Source of the DNA: an uncultured Methanoregulaceae archaeon
GTDB taxonomy: Archaea; Halobacteriota; Methanomicrobia; Methanomicrobiales; Methanospirillaceae
Direction: 5' to 3'
DNA length: 64,000 bases
Assembly: GCA_963737635.1 (NCBI GenBank)
Contig: CAVTTL010000001.1
Coordinates: 1,312,001 to 1,376,000 of the forward strand
Shown here in pieces: positions 19,903 to 31,937 of the stretch. Made by a program: the position numbers and the translations under genes. The stretch's first letter is position 1, and the number at the start of each line of letters is the position of its first letter. Below the pieces are notes generated by a model, which searched no databases, was not told the DNA's origin, and was given only the letters and a program-made list of their open reading frames with translations.

Positions 19903-21895
19903 TCAAAAAAAGGTTCCCATCAACATAAAAACCGAAAGATTTGCTTGGGCCTGGGCAAGATCTTTTGTACTTTTCTCGATAACCGGATGGAACTTGGCCC
20001 GGCTTTTGAGGATCTTCTGCTGGGTTGAGTACAGTTTTTCGATGCCGGTTAAGATTTCACGTTCAACCGGCCGGATTTTTGGCTGGAACGTATGGATCAG
20101 GCCCTGAATATCTGACGCGGAGGCGTATGTATCCTCATCAAAGACGAACCTGCCCTCCTGCTGTTTTCTCCATTTCATCAGATCACTTTTCAAAACTGTG
20201 TCCAAACCCGGTATATTCGTGATTTTCTGCGGGATGATGTCTGCCGCAGTCTCTATACCAAACGACCGGAGTGCGGCCTTCTGGTTCTCGCTGAGCCTGG
20301 GTGATGTGCAGGTTTCGATAAAACAGTTCTCCAGGAATTTCTTCTGTTGTTTATCCCTTGAAGTATGCTGGATGCTGACCAATGCGTTCTTGTATTCACG
20401 CTCAATCGTCTCATATTTTTCTTTGGAAGCCGTAAGTGCCTTTAGCCGGTTGATAAATTCTGTATCTCCAGCTTCGGCTTTCCATTTTTTATCCCAGAGC
20501 TGCCAGCTGTACCGGGCGTCCTCGAACGCTTTTTTCCGGCGTTTCTTTTCCGTCTTGTCCCTGCCCGGAACTATCTGGAGAAGCCCTGCGATACCAACCG
20601 GTACAAGGTTGATACTGTCTTTGAGGCTATAGGACCCACCACTCTCCGTTAATAACCGGAGCATCAGGATAGCGCTGGTAACCAGAAGCAGGGCTTGGGC
20701 AGGCTCTGCGTACCTTTCCCATCCTGACCGCCCGTGCGATCTCCCGGGAGAGTGGCGCGGGAAGACAGTGGTACTTCCGCGGGTTGATCTCGGGGATGGG
20801 TCCCGGCGGTTTAATAGCAAGAACCTTCTGCCATTCTGAGGCGACATCGATCCTCGAGATCGCATCCGAACTCAGGAACAAGAGGACTCCGGAACTATTT
20901 TCCAAGCTGCACCACGGACAGGAGGAAAGGCCGGTATAATAGGTGTGCATGGATTCGGTCGTGCACTTTTTGAGTCTTTTTTCTAGTGCATCAAGCACAT
21001 TCCACCAGTCATTTGCGCTCGGGCGCCCCCAGGATTGGGTCCCGGATTCTGTGAATGCCTGCTCAAAAAGGCTGGAAATCTCACTAGGAACCACTGATAG
21101 TCCGACCGAGTTTGGCGGTGGCGCCATTGCCCTGAGTGCTGCGTTCCTGCCAAATGCAAACCGGTGCTCGGCAATTGCCCGTTCGATCGGCATATCATCA
21201 TTTCCCTTGTAAACCCCGGAGAACGGATGTCTGCCCATAAAGAGCAAAAGGAAGATGAGGATCGCCAGCCCGAAGTTATCATGATTCTGCGTGCGCAGTA
21301 TCTTAAAATCCTTTGACTTCTGGAGCTCGGGTGGCGTGAACTGGGCGACCCCCACTTCACAGAAATAAGTCCTGTCATTGGTCTGTACCTGAAACGAGTC
21401 GCAATCGATCAGCCTTACGCATGCCTTTTTCGTGACAAGGATGTTTCCTTCATTAACGTCCCCAACGACGTACCCGTACTTATGAATAATGTAGAACGCG
21501 GCAGCGAGGTTTTTTGCCGTCCTCACCAGAAATTTCCAGTCTGCGTTCGGGAAGGACTCCTTCCGGTGCGAAGGGCCGTATACCCGGTGGATCGGTTCGC
21601 AATCGGTGATCCTCGGCATAATAAATCCGCATACCGGGCCATTTTTACCATCACGGAGCAGGTCGAGAGGCCATGCAGCAAATTCCTTTAACTCTTCGTT
21701 GCAGCCACTTACCATCAGACTGAGTTTTTCCTGTCGCTCCCCGGTGAGCGGCTTGTGGTAGATTTTGGCCAATACGTCCCTGCGGTGGGGCGCGATCTCG
21801 TAGACATCCCCTTCACCACCGCTTCCCACTTTTTTCCCAAGACTGACATGGGCATCCCTGCTGTCGAAAAGGTTGTAGTACGGCGATGGACTCAT
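19903..21895 (-). CDS. YegI-like Ser/Thr kinase with TM and C-terminal HhH region; frameshift near 20700
   Basis: GSGGEG, AKIYH, GDVNEGNILV, IDCDSFQ, FTPPELQ, C..C zinc knuckle; second frame supplies TM and LRSFGIETAAD..IPG HhH-like region. Confidence 0.85.
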
Positions 21896-21906
21896 TGCTT
21901 TTCAGC

Positions 21907-22671
21907 TCACGGGGATTTCACGGCAAGGATCAGAGTCTTGTCGTCATCGCTTCGCGCATTCACGTCATCCCGGGAAAGCAACACGCTCAGGTGTGTGATG
22001 AGATTCCCACATCCGTTCTCAGGTTCATTCCTGAGTGCTGCAAACAGGGGCCGGAAAAACCCCTCGTGCACAGTGCGGCTGGAAAAAGAGAGTACCAGGT
22101 TCTGGAGACCGTCGGTAAAGAGGGCAAGCTCTTCCGGGGGATTATCCTTGCGATCTATTTTGATATGCTCCAGAAAATCATCATCGGTAATAAAACATGT
22201 CGTATTCGCATATTCACCCTGTTCCGGCCAGAAGACCGTGCGGTAACCGCCTTTTTCGCCCATCACAATACAACCGTCCCCGATCTGGAAAGAGAGTGTA
22301 TGATCGTTTGCAACTACAACGCCGATCAGCGTGCAGGCATAGTCTTTTACCCGCTGGCCCTCTTCTTTGGCCCGGGCGACGATCGCTTCCCGGGACATAG
22401 AAATCCAAGCCTTGATGTCGTCGTTTGCGATGGACGAAAAATGTTCCTCCTTTCTGATAGTGGAAAGGATCTGAAGGTACATTGATTCGCAGACGATCTC
22501 TGCACCATTCCCCCCATGGGTCGTACTACCTGCGCCATCGGCGGCAAGGCCGATAAAAAAATTCCGGTCCGAGACCCGGATGGCCCCGGTCCGGTGATAA
22601 TCCTGCCCCGGCTCGTTCCGGTCGCTGTGCGATTTTCCCGTAACCGACAAAGAGAGGTGTTTCCAGGTCAT
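21907..22671 (-). CDS. PP2C-like phosphatase (YegK/PphC type)
   Basis: SV.G.SH...QD, ADGAGS, CTL, IGDG, GEYANTT.F, TDG, DDKTL; ATGA overlap with vWA stop. Confidence 0.9.
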   Translation of the reverse strand: MTWKHLSLSVTGKSHSDRNEPGQDYHRTGAIRVSDRNFFIGLAADGAGSTTHGGNGAEIVCESMYLQILSTIRKEEHFSSIANDDIKAWISMSREAIVARAKEEGQRVKDYACTLIGVVVANDHTLSFQIGDGCIVMGEKGGYRTVFWPEQGEYANTTCFITDDDFLEHIKIDRKDNPPEELALFTDGLQNLVLSFSSRTVHEGFFRPLFAALRNEPENGCGNLITHLSVLLSRDDVNARSDDDKTLILAVKSP

Positions 22672-23342
22672 ATCTCGCTCCACCCTGACGGTGGAGAGAG
22701 CAGGATCCTGTCTCCTGGATTGCTTCGTGAAGCTGATTTCATGGAATTGGAGAGCCACTGGAAGAATTCCCTGAATTTAAGGCCCTGGAGTTTGAGCGGC
22801 TGCCGGACTGAGATCTGCCGGAGTACAGACATATCTGCATTCTGGACACCGACCGCAAAGAAGGCAAACGACTTCGAACTTTCGCCTTCCCTTACCGCTG
22901 CGGCAGCACGCTGCCATTCGTCTGTCGGGGAACCGTCAGTAATGAGAAAGATCCATGGCCGGTAGAAGGAGATTCCGTTAGCCCGGTATTCCTCTTTGCG
23001 CTTCTTCACCAAATCGATTCCTTTCAGGATTGCCTCACCAAGCGGTGTATCCCCTTCGGCTTCAAGCGTAGGATCGAGGAAGAAATCCGCAGTATTGAAC
23101 TCAGAGATGACCCTGACTGGCCCAAAGGAGACCAGCGCCACTTCAACCCTTTTTACTGCAAGAGAATCGCTCTGAAGTTCCTCGTAAAAGGATCGCAGGC
23201 CGGTATTGAGTTCTGCGATTGCCTTTCCCGCCATGGAACCGGATGTATCCAGCAACAGGAGGCAGGGACACCGGGGTTCTGGGTTTTCTGCGAAGGTAAC
23301 GGATCCCAGCGGCTGCTGGTCATACATCGTGTCGTCACTCAT
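22668..23342 (-). CDS. terY: TerY-like vWA protein (YegL type)
   Basis: [43 protein letters not shown]. Confidence 0.9.
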   Translation of the reverse strand: MSDDTMYDQQPLGSVTFAENPEPRCPCLLLLDTSGSMAGKAIAELNTGLRSFYEELQSDSLAVKRVEVALVSFGPVRVISEFNTADFFLDPTLEAEGDTPLGEAILKGIDLVKKRKEEYRANGISFYRPWIFLITDGSPTDEWQRAAAAVREGESSKSFAFFAVGVQNADMSVLRQISVRQPLKLQGLKFREFFQWLSNSMKSASRSNPGDRILLSPPSGWSEI

Positions 23343-23560
23343 CTGGTCTCTCCTGTATTCACTTATCATATCAACGACTAACTGTATATCTTTGTTGAGG
23401 CTGACATGCCCTGATGGTTTCGTATAGCGGTCAGCAATTTTCTTTCTGATGAAGATTGCGTTTCTTGGAAAATATCCCGAACACTAAAAAACTCTATGTC
23501 CTTTCGCGGGATCAACTTCGAAAAATTTCTGCCAAGGATCTGCCCGAAAAGAGAGGAAGG

Positions 23561-25214
23561 TTAATACTTTCGGTACAGGGCAATGCCGGCGACGACCCCG
23601 CAGCCGATGAGTGCGGAGAGCACGTCATATCCGGGCGACTTGGGGGTTGGTGTTGCCGTGGCAATAGCCTGTTGTTGTGCAAGCCAAGAGTTTACCGAGC
23701 CAGTAGTGGATGTAGCGCCAATCGCAAAGGTAGGTGCCGTTGTCGGCAACGACGTAGGAATGGTTGTCGCCCCTCCAGCGCCTACAGTTATGGTCTGAGT
23801 AGCGATATTTGTGCTGGTGCCCTCGGAGTTAGTAACCGTAAGGGTGACCGTATAGGTTCCTGCATTCTGGTACGTTTTGGATGGATTTTGCAGATTACTC
23901 GTACCCCCGTCTCCGAATGTCCATGCCCATGAAGTGGGTGACCCGGTTGATTCATCCGTAAACTGGACGTTAAGAGGAGGATTGCCTGAGGTGGGCGATT
24001 CCTCAAAGGCAGCGACCGGTATTGTTGGTCCGATGACGATATATCCTGTCATCGTCGTTGTGTTGCTCCCAAGCGAATTTTCTTCTGTCAGAGATACGGA
24101 ATAGGTTCCGTTGTTTATGTATGTGTTGGTCGGATTTTCCAAAGTGCTGGTATTACCATCCCCGAAATTCCAGCTCCAGGATGCCGGGTTCCCGGTTGAT
24201 TCGTCAGTGAATTGGACGGTAAGGGGTGCTGTACCGGACATCGGTGAACCATAAAATATCGGTAGTGGAACTGTCGTTGCTGCCGCGGCGAAGGTGTATT
24301 TGTCACCGGCGACTGCTGAGGATGTGCCGCTGGGTGTCGTAACTATTACGTCAACCGTTCCAGCTGCTTCAGCCGGAGTAGTTGCGGTAATTTCTGTATC
24401 ACTAACAACGGTGAAGCTGGTTGCCTCTGTGCCGCCTACGGTCACTGCAGTCGCCCCGGTGAAGCCTGTCCCGGTTATAGTTATTGTGGTGCCGGTGGAA
24501 ACCGGGCCGTATGTCGGTGAGACACTCGTTACTGCTGGGACTGTAGAGGTTGTCGTTGCCCCCGCATTCACAGTTATAGTTGTGGTCTGAGTGCTAGGTA
24601 CTACTGGGAAGAACGCCGCCATCTCCGATTGTGAGGTACACGGAATAGGTTCCAGCGGTCGTGTATGTGTATGACGGACTCTCATTACTAGCCGTATTTC
24701 CGCTGTTCGTACCTCCGTCACCGAATGACCAATCCCATGTGGTTGGGGATCCGGTGGATGTATCCATAAACTGCACAGTGAGAGGGGCAGTACCTGAGGT
24801 GGGCGACGCTGTGAATGAAGCAACTAATGGTGTGGCAGTAGTTGTAGCGGTTGTAGTCGCTGCTATTGGCGCATTCACCGTAATGGTCTGGGTAGCGGTA
24901 TTGGTGCTACTGCCCGCGGAGTTAGTCGCGATGAGAGATGCACTATAGGATCCTGCATAGTTGTACGTGTACGATGGGCTCTGAATTGTACTCTTATTTC
25001 CGTCTCCAAATGCCCAGCTCCATGATATAGGAGAATTCGTGGATTGATCCGTGAACTGTACAGTAAGCGGTGCAGTACCCGAGATTGGCGTCGCCGCGAA
25101 TACTGCAGTGGGTACGTTTAGTACCGGTGTGCTATCTGCAACGACTGGGACAACAACGCAGGCGATACAGACTAGCAGAATGCATCCCACAATGACGATG
25201 CACCTGGAATTCAA
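23561..25214 (-). CDS. Surface protein: 4 PKD domains, one IPT/TIG domain, PGF-CTERM-like anchor; 1-nt frameshift near 24596
   Basis: SG.APL.VQF.D.S...WSW.FGDG repeats, TITGTGF..TTP IPT domain, KSPGY-TM-RKY; TTG start with AGGAGG SD. Confidence 0.85.
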
Positions 25215-25517
25215 GGGACTTCCTCCTTAAGATTACCATTTATTGGCTGCTTCTCGATCAGGCAGGTCATAGAACTCATTATTCCCAAGAGCGATAGCAT
25301 ATTCACCCAGTGCAGCTGAGGGATTTTCGCTTACAGCTTTGCTGACCGCATTGTAAGTGTAGGTAACTATCGCACTTTTTGTAAAATAAAGGTTACATTT
25401 TGTAGTATAAACATTCTACTGAGTGTTTACTGACTTACCTTATCCCCGGCCGACCCCCTTTAGGCTAGTTCTCGTGCATTGGAACGGTCAGACCTAGCGA
25501 TTATTTCTTGATTTACC

Positions 25518-26396
25518 TTATCGCATGTTCTTTGACGGCGTTCGTTGGCTGCCGGAACCCGCGGGGATTTCAAGAAAATCCAGCAGTGCCTTGTTGAGTT
25601 GCCCGGCATGGGTCCAGTTCAGGCCGTGTGGCCCGCCCTCCACAACCACAAGCCGGCTTCCCGGGATTGCTTCGTGAGTTCGTTTTCCTGTAACTTCAAA
25701 AGGACAGATCCGATCGGAATCGCCATGGACAATAAGCGTTGGTATCGTAATCTTCGAAAGATCATTCCGGAAATCGGTCAGCCATGCTGTTACACAATCT
25801 AAAGTACCCATCGGGGATGCAGTGACTGCAGTATACCAGCTGAGCCGGAGAGCTTCATCAGTGACGAGCTTCCCACCAAAAATGTCAGCGTTATAGAAAT
25901 TATGGAAAAACTGGGTCAGGAATGACGGGCGATCCCCGACTATCCCCTGCTTGATCCCCTCAAAGACGCTTTCATCGACCCCCTCAGGATTGTCACGGGC
26001 TTTTACCAGATACGGCGGGATCGCGGAGATAAACACCGCTTTACTTACGCGCCGGGAGCCCATGGTGCCAAGATACCGGGCAACCTCACCGCCTCCCATG
26101 GAAAACCCGACCAATGCTACATCGTTCAGGTTGAGTGTCGTCATCAGCTTATCAAGGTCTTGCGCGAGAGTGTCATAATCATAGCCCTTCACTGGTTTAC
26201 TGGATCGACCAAACCCTCTCCTGTCGTACGAAATGACCCTATACCCTGCGTTAAGCAAGACAGGTACCTGCTTTTCCCAGGATGCCCCGGAAAGCGGCCA
26301 CCCATGGATCAGAACCACCGGTGTTCCTTTTCCATGATCCTCATAATAGAGATCGATCTCTCCTGAATTTTCTTTCCCGACAGTAATATACGGCAT
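25518..26396 (-). CDS. Non-heme haloperoxidase/arylesterase-type alpha/beta hydrolase
   Basis: LIHGWPL, YDRRGFG.S, GFSMGG, HGD.D, GPHG. Confidence 0.9.
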   Translation of the reverse strand: MPYITVGKENSGEIDLYYEDHGKGTPVVLIHGWPLSGASWEKQVPVLLNAGYRVISYDRRGFGRSSKPVKGYDYDTLAQDLDKLMTTLNLNDVALVGFSMGGGEVARYLGTMGSRRVSKAVFISAIPPYLVKARDNPEGVDESVFEGIKQGIVGDRPSFLTQFFHNFYNADIFGGKLVTDEALRLSWYTAVTASPMGTLDCVTAWLTDFRNDLSKITIPTLIVHGDSDRICPFEVTGKRTHEAIPGSRLVVVEGGPHGLNWTHAGQLNKALLDFLEIPAGSGSQRTPSKNMR

Positions 26397-26646
26397 CTTT
26401 CATCTCCTTTCAATGATGTACCTGCCTCATGTTGCATCTTCAATAAATTGATTTACACAATTTCCATTTTGAGAAACACTATTTGCAACTTTCAGAAAAA
26501 TCCGTGCCTTTGATCTGGCGATGATTGAAACGGGTACAGCCTCGGTCTGCAGCTGGCCGATTTTCTTCCTTATTTAGGCTCATTTTGTTCATTTATATTT
26601 GTATAATGAATATTATGTCAATCCGGCAAAATCACCATCCTTTTAT

Positions 26647-26667
26647 ACCCCTTTGTTTCCATTGGAA
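26647..26667 (-). promoter_or_regulatory. ORB-like (Orc1/Cdc6 origin recognition box) element TTCCAATGGAAACAAAGGGGT
   Basis: TTCCA-N2-GGAAAC dyad plus G-string, inside a 580-nt AT-rich intergenic gap. Confidence 0.6.
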
Positions 26668-26974
26668 AAAAAGCAAATATTGCTTTGTTTTAATTATTAA
26701 ACGCAAATCATAGACTATTTTAAAGAGTCTTGATGGAGATTTACCTAAACCTATAAAAGAGGAAACGAATACTAATCGTTTGTGCAAATATATCCAATAG
26801 TCATTATAATAAATTTGGGTTAACTGCAGGGCGCTTCTTTGCAATAAAAAATGAAATGATTGCATGTCAACGAGAAAACACGGTTTTTTTTCTTATTATT
26901 GGCTATACATTGCGATGTCCTATCCAAAGATTAACAAAAAAGCCCGGCTCAGGTTCTCCTGAGAAAGCATCATT

Positions 26975-27775
26975 ATGAAATATCCCTTCCTCATATCGAT
27001 CCCGCATGGAGGTGTTGAGATCCCGGAGGAGGTCGCTGGCCGATTCGCTCTTTCGGTACAGGAGATATCATGGTACTGTGATCCCGCCACCCGGACTCTC
27101 TTTGATTTCGGTCAGTTTGTGGAGGCTTTGATAGATACCGAGGTCTCCCGGATGGTTATCGATCTTAACCGTCCTCCGCTGCCACTCCCCCCCCGGGACC
27201 CGGATGGGGTCATCAAAGTAAGGACTGTCGATGGCCGCCAGGTCTACAGGCCCGGACAACTGCCTGACATCTCCCTGATTCACAGGCTGATGCTGAAATG
27301 GTATTTCCCTTATCACCAAAGCATCGATGAGCTTATCGACAAAAATTCTGTGCGCATCGCGTTTGACTGCCATTCGATGTTACCCTATGGATCGGCAGAA
27401 CAGAATGATGCCGGTAAACGCAGGCCCCTGATCTGCCTTGGGAACTACGGTGACGAGAACGGCCAGGCAAAGCTTGGAAGCCTTACTACCTGTCCCTCGG
27501 AATGGATCGCGCGTCTTGCAGATGCATTTAGGGAGGAGTTCCGCGGAACCGGTGAAGTGGCAATTAACACCCCATTCTCAGGAGGATTTATTTCAAACGC
27601 CCATTACTGGCGTAAAGGCATCCCCTGGATCCAGATAGAGATAAACCGGGCACTCTACGAATATGAAGCTCCTCTTGCCCAGCAACCTGCAGTAATAGAA
27701 GGCCAGATTCCTGAATTACGCTGTAAGATCGGGGAGATCCTGACCCGGTTCTGGGATGGAATTTCAGACGAGTGA
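26975..27775 (+). CDS. N-formylglutamate amidohydrolase family
   Basis: SIPHGG, SR.VIDLNR, YFPYH, DCHSM, N.PFSGG.I, IQIEINR.LY. Confidence 0.9.
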   Translation: MKYPFLISIPHGGVEIPEEVAGRFALSVQEISWYCDPATRTLFDFGQFVEALIDTEVSRMVIDLNRPPLPLPPRDPDGVIKVRTVDGRQVYRPGQLPDISLIHRLMLKWYFPYHQSIDELIDKNSVRIAFDCHSMLPYGSAEQNDAGKRRPLICLGNYGDENGQAKLGSLTTCPSEWIARLADAFREEFRGTGEVAINTPFSGGFISNAHYWRKGIPWIQIEINRALYEYEAPLAQQPAVIEGQIPELRCKIGEILTRFWDGISDE

Positions 27776-28189
27776 CTTGTGAAGAGAGCGCCCGTGATTG
27801 ATGCAGCTTTATAAGACGATTTTCATGCGCGAGTCTTTTCCCGGGATTTTTTCCTTAATCTCCAAAATGAATCATCGGAAGCGCGGAAATACGGGAAACA
27901 AGATTTTGATCGCGGTCATGAAGGGAGGATTTGCCCGGCTAAAAAACTGGTGATCAGATCATTGGCAATTCGGCTGAATTGGATAGGTATGGAATTATGT
28001 CGGTACACCGGGCGAATATGGTAATTGTTGCTGGTCCGGGGCACTTTTTTGAACAATTAATATTAAGAATTAAACCATGTACTATTTTTTATAAATCGGG
28101 CGATTATTTGTTGGAAATTTACGAAAAAACCGGAAATCCGGGGGCTGGAAGATATAGAATTAAATGGGATCAGGTGAGAACAATCGTTA

Positions 28190-30866
28190 ATGATTTCCCT
28201 GCTCTATGTCGATGACGAGCCAGCACTGCTGGATCTGTGCCGGCTTTTTTTAGAGCAGGAAGAAGACCTATCTGTCTCTACGGTATCGTCTGTTGGCGAA
28301 GCTCTTACCCGGATCGCCACAGGGAAGTTTGATGCCATTATATCTGATTACCAGATGCCCGAGATTGATGGCATTACGTTCCTTCGTAACGTACGCCAGA
28401 AGTATCCCGACATGCCATTTATCCTGTTTTCCGGCAGGGGTCGGGAAGAAGTCGTGATCGAGGCAATCAACGGTGGCGCGGATTCCTATGTCCAGAAAGG
28501 AGGAGATCCGGAATCACAGTTCAAGGAGTTATCTCATCGTGTCCGTCAGATCGTCCGGCGGAGAAAAGCTGAAACCGAACTGCGACTGATGAAGTTTTCT
28601 GTCGATCATGCGTCTGAGGGAATCGTCTGGATGCACATGAACGGTGAAATTACCTATTACAACGATGCTATATGCACTATGCTTGGCTATACATCGCAGG
28701 AGTTTTCCCGGCTCACAGTTTCAGATATCAAGCAGAGTTTTTCCCCTCATTCTCTTTCATCAGAATGGAATAAACTGCTCACCTGTAAATGCGCCACCGT
28801 AGAAGAAATTCTCGTAAAAAAAGATGGATCGTTTCTTCCGGTCGAACTGGTGCTCAACTATAATGAACAGGGATCGGAATCGTTGATCTTCGCATTTGTC
28901 CGGGACATCAGCGAGCGGCGGCGTTCTGAGCAGGAGCTCAAAGAAGCATTCCACCAGTTGATGCTGACTGAGGACGGGCTGCAACAGCAGTTTGTGGAAC
29001 TCAAAAAAAGCGACGATGCGATGTGGGCGATAGGCCAGCGGTACGAGATGCTTTCAGAACAAAGCGATGTCTGGATCTGGGAGAGTACTGCTGACGGCAG
29101 GCTCACCAGCTCGAGCGCTCAGGTCCACGATCTTCTTGGTTACAGACCGAGTGAACTGGCGGGAAAAACATTTGCAGAGCTCCTAGTCCCGGCCGATGCA
29201 GCCCGGGCCGCTGCCGAACTTGCCGAAGTCATGATAAAAAAAGAGGCGTTCCATTCACTTCTCCTGCGGGTAGCACACCGCGACGGACGGGAGATTATGC
29301 TTGAGCTTACCGGAATGCCCATTCTTTCCCGGAATAGAGTTTTTTCAGGATTTTACGGTATCGCCCGTGATTTTTCCTGTGAAACGTTTTCCGTAACGTC
29401 CCATCCTTTGCATATACCCGGCTACAGACTCCCTGCTGGAACAGGCAGGCGACGCGATCTTTATTGCCGATGCACGGACCGGTGTGCTCATTGATGCAAA
29501 CCAGAAAGCTCTTCACCTGGTGAACCGGACGCTCCCCGAACTCCTTGCAATGCAGGAATCCGCGCTTTACCCTGGAGGCGGAGAAGTGGATCAGGCAGAT
29601 CAGATCCGGCCAGGTCACGATGAAGAGTCAGGAATTTCTGAAGAGGTGATCGTTGACCGGGATGGAAATCGTATACCGGTGATCGTAAGCACCAAAATGC
29701 TTCTGATAGGTGACCGGCGAGCTTCGCATTGGGATATATCACGATATATCGGATCTCCGGGCCATCCGGGAGACCCTTCGGGAGAAGACTGGCGAGCTTG
29801 ACCGTTTTTTCACTACCGGTCCCGATTTGCTTTGCATCTTGGATACCGGAGGCAGATTTTTACGGCTCAATCCTGCCGGTGAAGCCCTTCTCGGCTGTGG
29901 AATCCGAACGCAGGACGTCCTGTCGCTTGTCGAGATCGTGCATACCGATGATCGCGCAGCCACCCGTACAACACTCCACCGCATGGGTCGGGGAGGAAAG
30001 CTGTCACTTTTGTCAACCGGATTATGTACCCTGGTGGTTCCTTCCGGTGGATCGAATGGCGGGCGTTCATGTCGGGAAGGAAACAGATCTATGCGATTGC
30101 ACGGGACCTGACTGATCAGAAAAAGGTGGAAGAAGCCCTTGCTCTGGCAAACCGTAAACTCAACCTGCTCACCGATCTTACCGGTCATGATATCAGGAAC
30201 AAATTAACTGTGCTGATGGGATATTTCGATCTCTTCCAAAACTGCCCGGGCGAACCGTACTTTTCAATGTATACGGAAAAGATCAATGAAACGATCGCTG
30301 CTATTTCCGCCCAAGTGGAATTTACCCGGATCTATCAGAACCTCGGAATGTCAGCCCCAGGATGGACCAATGTTCACAATCTGTTCTGTAAAATCTGCCG
30401 GCAGCTGGAGATATCTTCCGGTTCTGTTGCTTCGATTCCTGATGGGTGGGAGATCTTTACCGATCCGCTGATCGATCGGGTCTTTTACACTCTTGTAGAT
30501 AACGCATTCCACTATGGCACGACACTTACGGAAATCCGCCGCACTGCATACGAAACTCCGAAAGGTCTTGTTGTAGTTATCGAGGACAACGGTATCGGGA
30601 TCGCGCGGGAAGACAAGGAACGGATATTCAAGAAAGAATGCGAGAGATCTTCCGGCCACAGCCACAATCTTTTTCTGGCCCGTGAGATCCTTTCCATCAC
30701 GGGTATCGTGATCCGGGAGACCGGAAGGGCAGGAAGAGGGGCACGTTTTGAGATGCTTGTGCCAAAAAAGGCGTACAGGATCTTTGTGCCTGTGCCGGAC
30801 CAGTCTAACGGGCACGTGCAAGCCCCAGACTTTATCACCCCTACTCACCATAACCACACATCATGA
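28190..30866 (+). CDS. REC + multi-PAS + histidine kinase hybrid sensor; at least 3 frameshifts (~29400, ~29720, ~30000)
   Basis: LYVDDE..ISDYQMP receiver, four PAS/PAC segments across frames, HDIRNKL H-box, DN..EDNG.GI..GARFE HATPase. Confidence 0.85.
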
Positions 30867-31756
30867 TCCGTGAAACATCTCAGGAATTCCTGGACACGCT
30901 CAAATCCTATGTCCCCGATCCCAAGAGGCCGGTCGGTTTAGCCCGACAGGAATTCTCGGATTTTTTTACGGAATTCCAGTATGAGGAACGACCGGCGACA
31001 GAACAGGTTGCGATTAGGGACGATCTGCGGGGTGTATGGTGTTCAGTGCCCGAGGCAGCACCGGATCGGACCCTCCTTTTCTTCCATGGCGGTTTTTTCT
31101 CTGCGGGATCCACCTCGGATCATCTAGGATTCTGCGCCGAGATTGCCAAGGCCACTCAGTCCCGGGTCTTTTCTGTCGATTACCGCTTGGCGCCTGAGCA
31201 TCCCTTCCCAGCGCAGGTTGAAGATGCGTTTGCCGCGTACCGCTATCTTTTAAGCCACGACTGCCTGCCGCACCGGATTATTCCCATTGGCATATCTTCC
31301 GGGGGGACTCTTGTACTCAACCTCCTGATTTCACTCCGCGATCAGCGCCAGATTATGCCCCCAGCTGCCGTTTGCATGTCACCAATGGTTGACCTTTCGT
31401 TCGGCGGTGATTCGATAACTACAAATCAGGACAGCGACTGGCTTACTCCGGCCCGGTTCGATTCGATACGAACGCACTATCTTGCAGGCACCGATCCTGA
31501 AGATTCACGGGCTTCCCCGGTCCATGCCAATCTGTCGGGCCTGCCCCGTCTCTATATCCAGGCTGGCTCCAGTGAGCTCATGTATGATGATATTTCCGCA
31601 TTTGCAAAGAAAGCCAAATGGGCGGGGGTTCAGATCAGATTCGAGATCTGGGAGGGCATGTTTCATTTCTGGCAGATTTTCGGCAGGCAGGTACCTGAGG
31701 CCCGTAATGCGGTTGCCCGTGCGGGAGCCTTTGTACAGGAGACGTTCGGACGATAA
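30863..31756 (+). CDS. HSL-family esterase (alpha/beta hydrolase)
   Basis: FHGGF, DYRLAPEHPFPA, GISSGG, GMFH. Confidence 0.9.
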   Translation: MIRETSQEFLDTLKSYVPDPKRPVGLARQEFSDFFTEFQYEERPATEQVAIRDDLRGVWCSVPEAAPDRTLLFFHGGFFSAGSTSDHLGFCAEIAKATQSRVFSVDYRLAPEHPFPAQVEDAFAAYRYLLSHDCLPHRIIPIGISSGGTLVLNLLISLRDQRQIMPPAAVCMSPMVDLSFGGDSITTNQDSDWLTPARFDSIRTHYLAGTDPEDSRASPVHANLSGLPRLYIQAGSSELMYDDISAFAKKAKWAGVQIRFEIWEGMFHFWQIFGRQVPEARNAVARAGAFVQETFGR

Positions 31757-31937
31757 ATCTGGTCCCGGCTGAGATGTAAATCTTCGTTCTTCCGAAGTAT
31801 CTGGAGATTTTTATTTTCACCGGATGCGCGATGGATGCGGCAGGACAGGCTTAAACATCTTTTGCACGCAGCGCAAGCCGAGAGCCCCTGAAAAGGTAAA
31901 AAAAACATTCATCCCATAAGAATTCCAATAAAGAACT

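Noticed and set aside
23800-25110. Repeated nucleotide segments
   Set aside because: Coding repeats of PKD domains, not CRISPR or mobile repeats
26525-26865. Two short ORFs in the AT-rich gap
   Set aside because: Composition unlike real genes here, no SD; better read as non-coding
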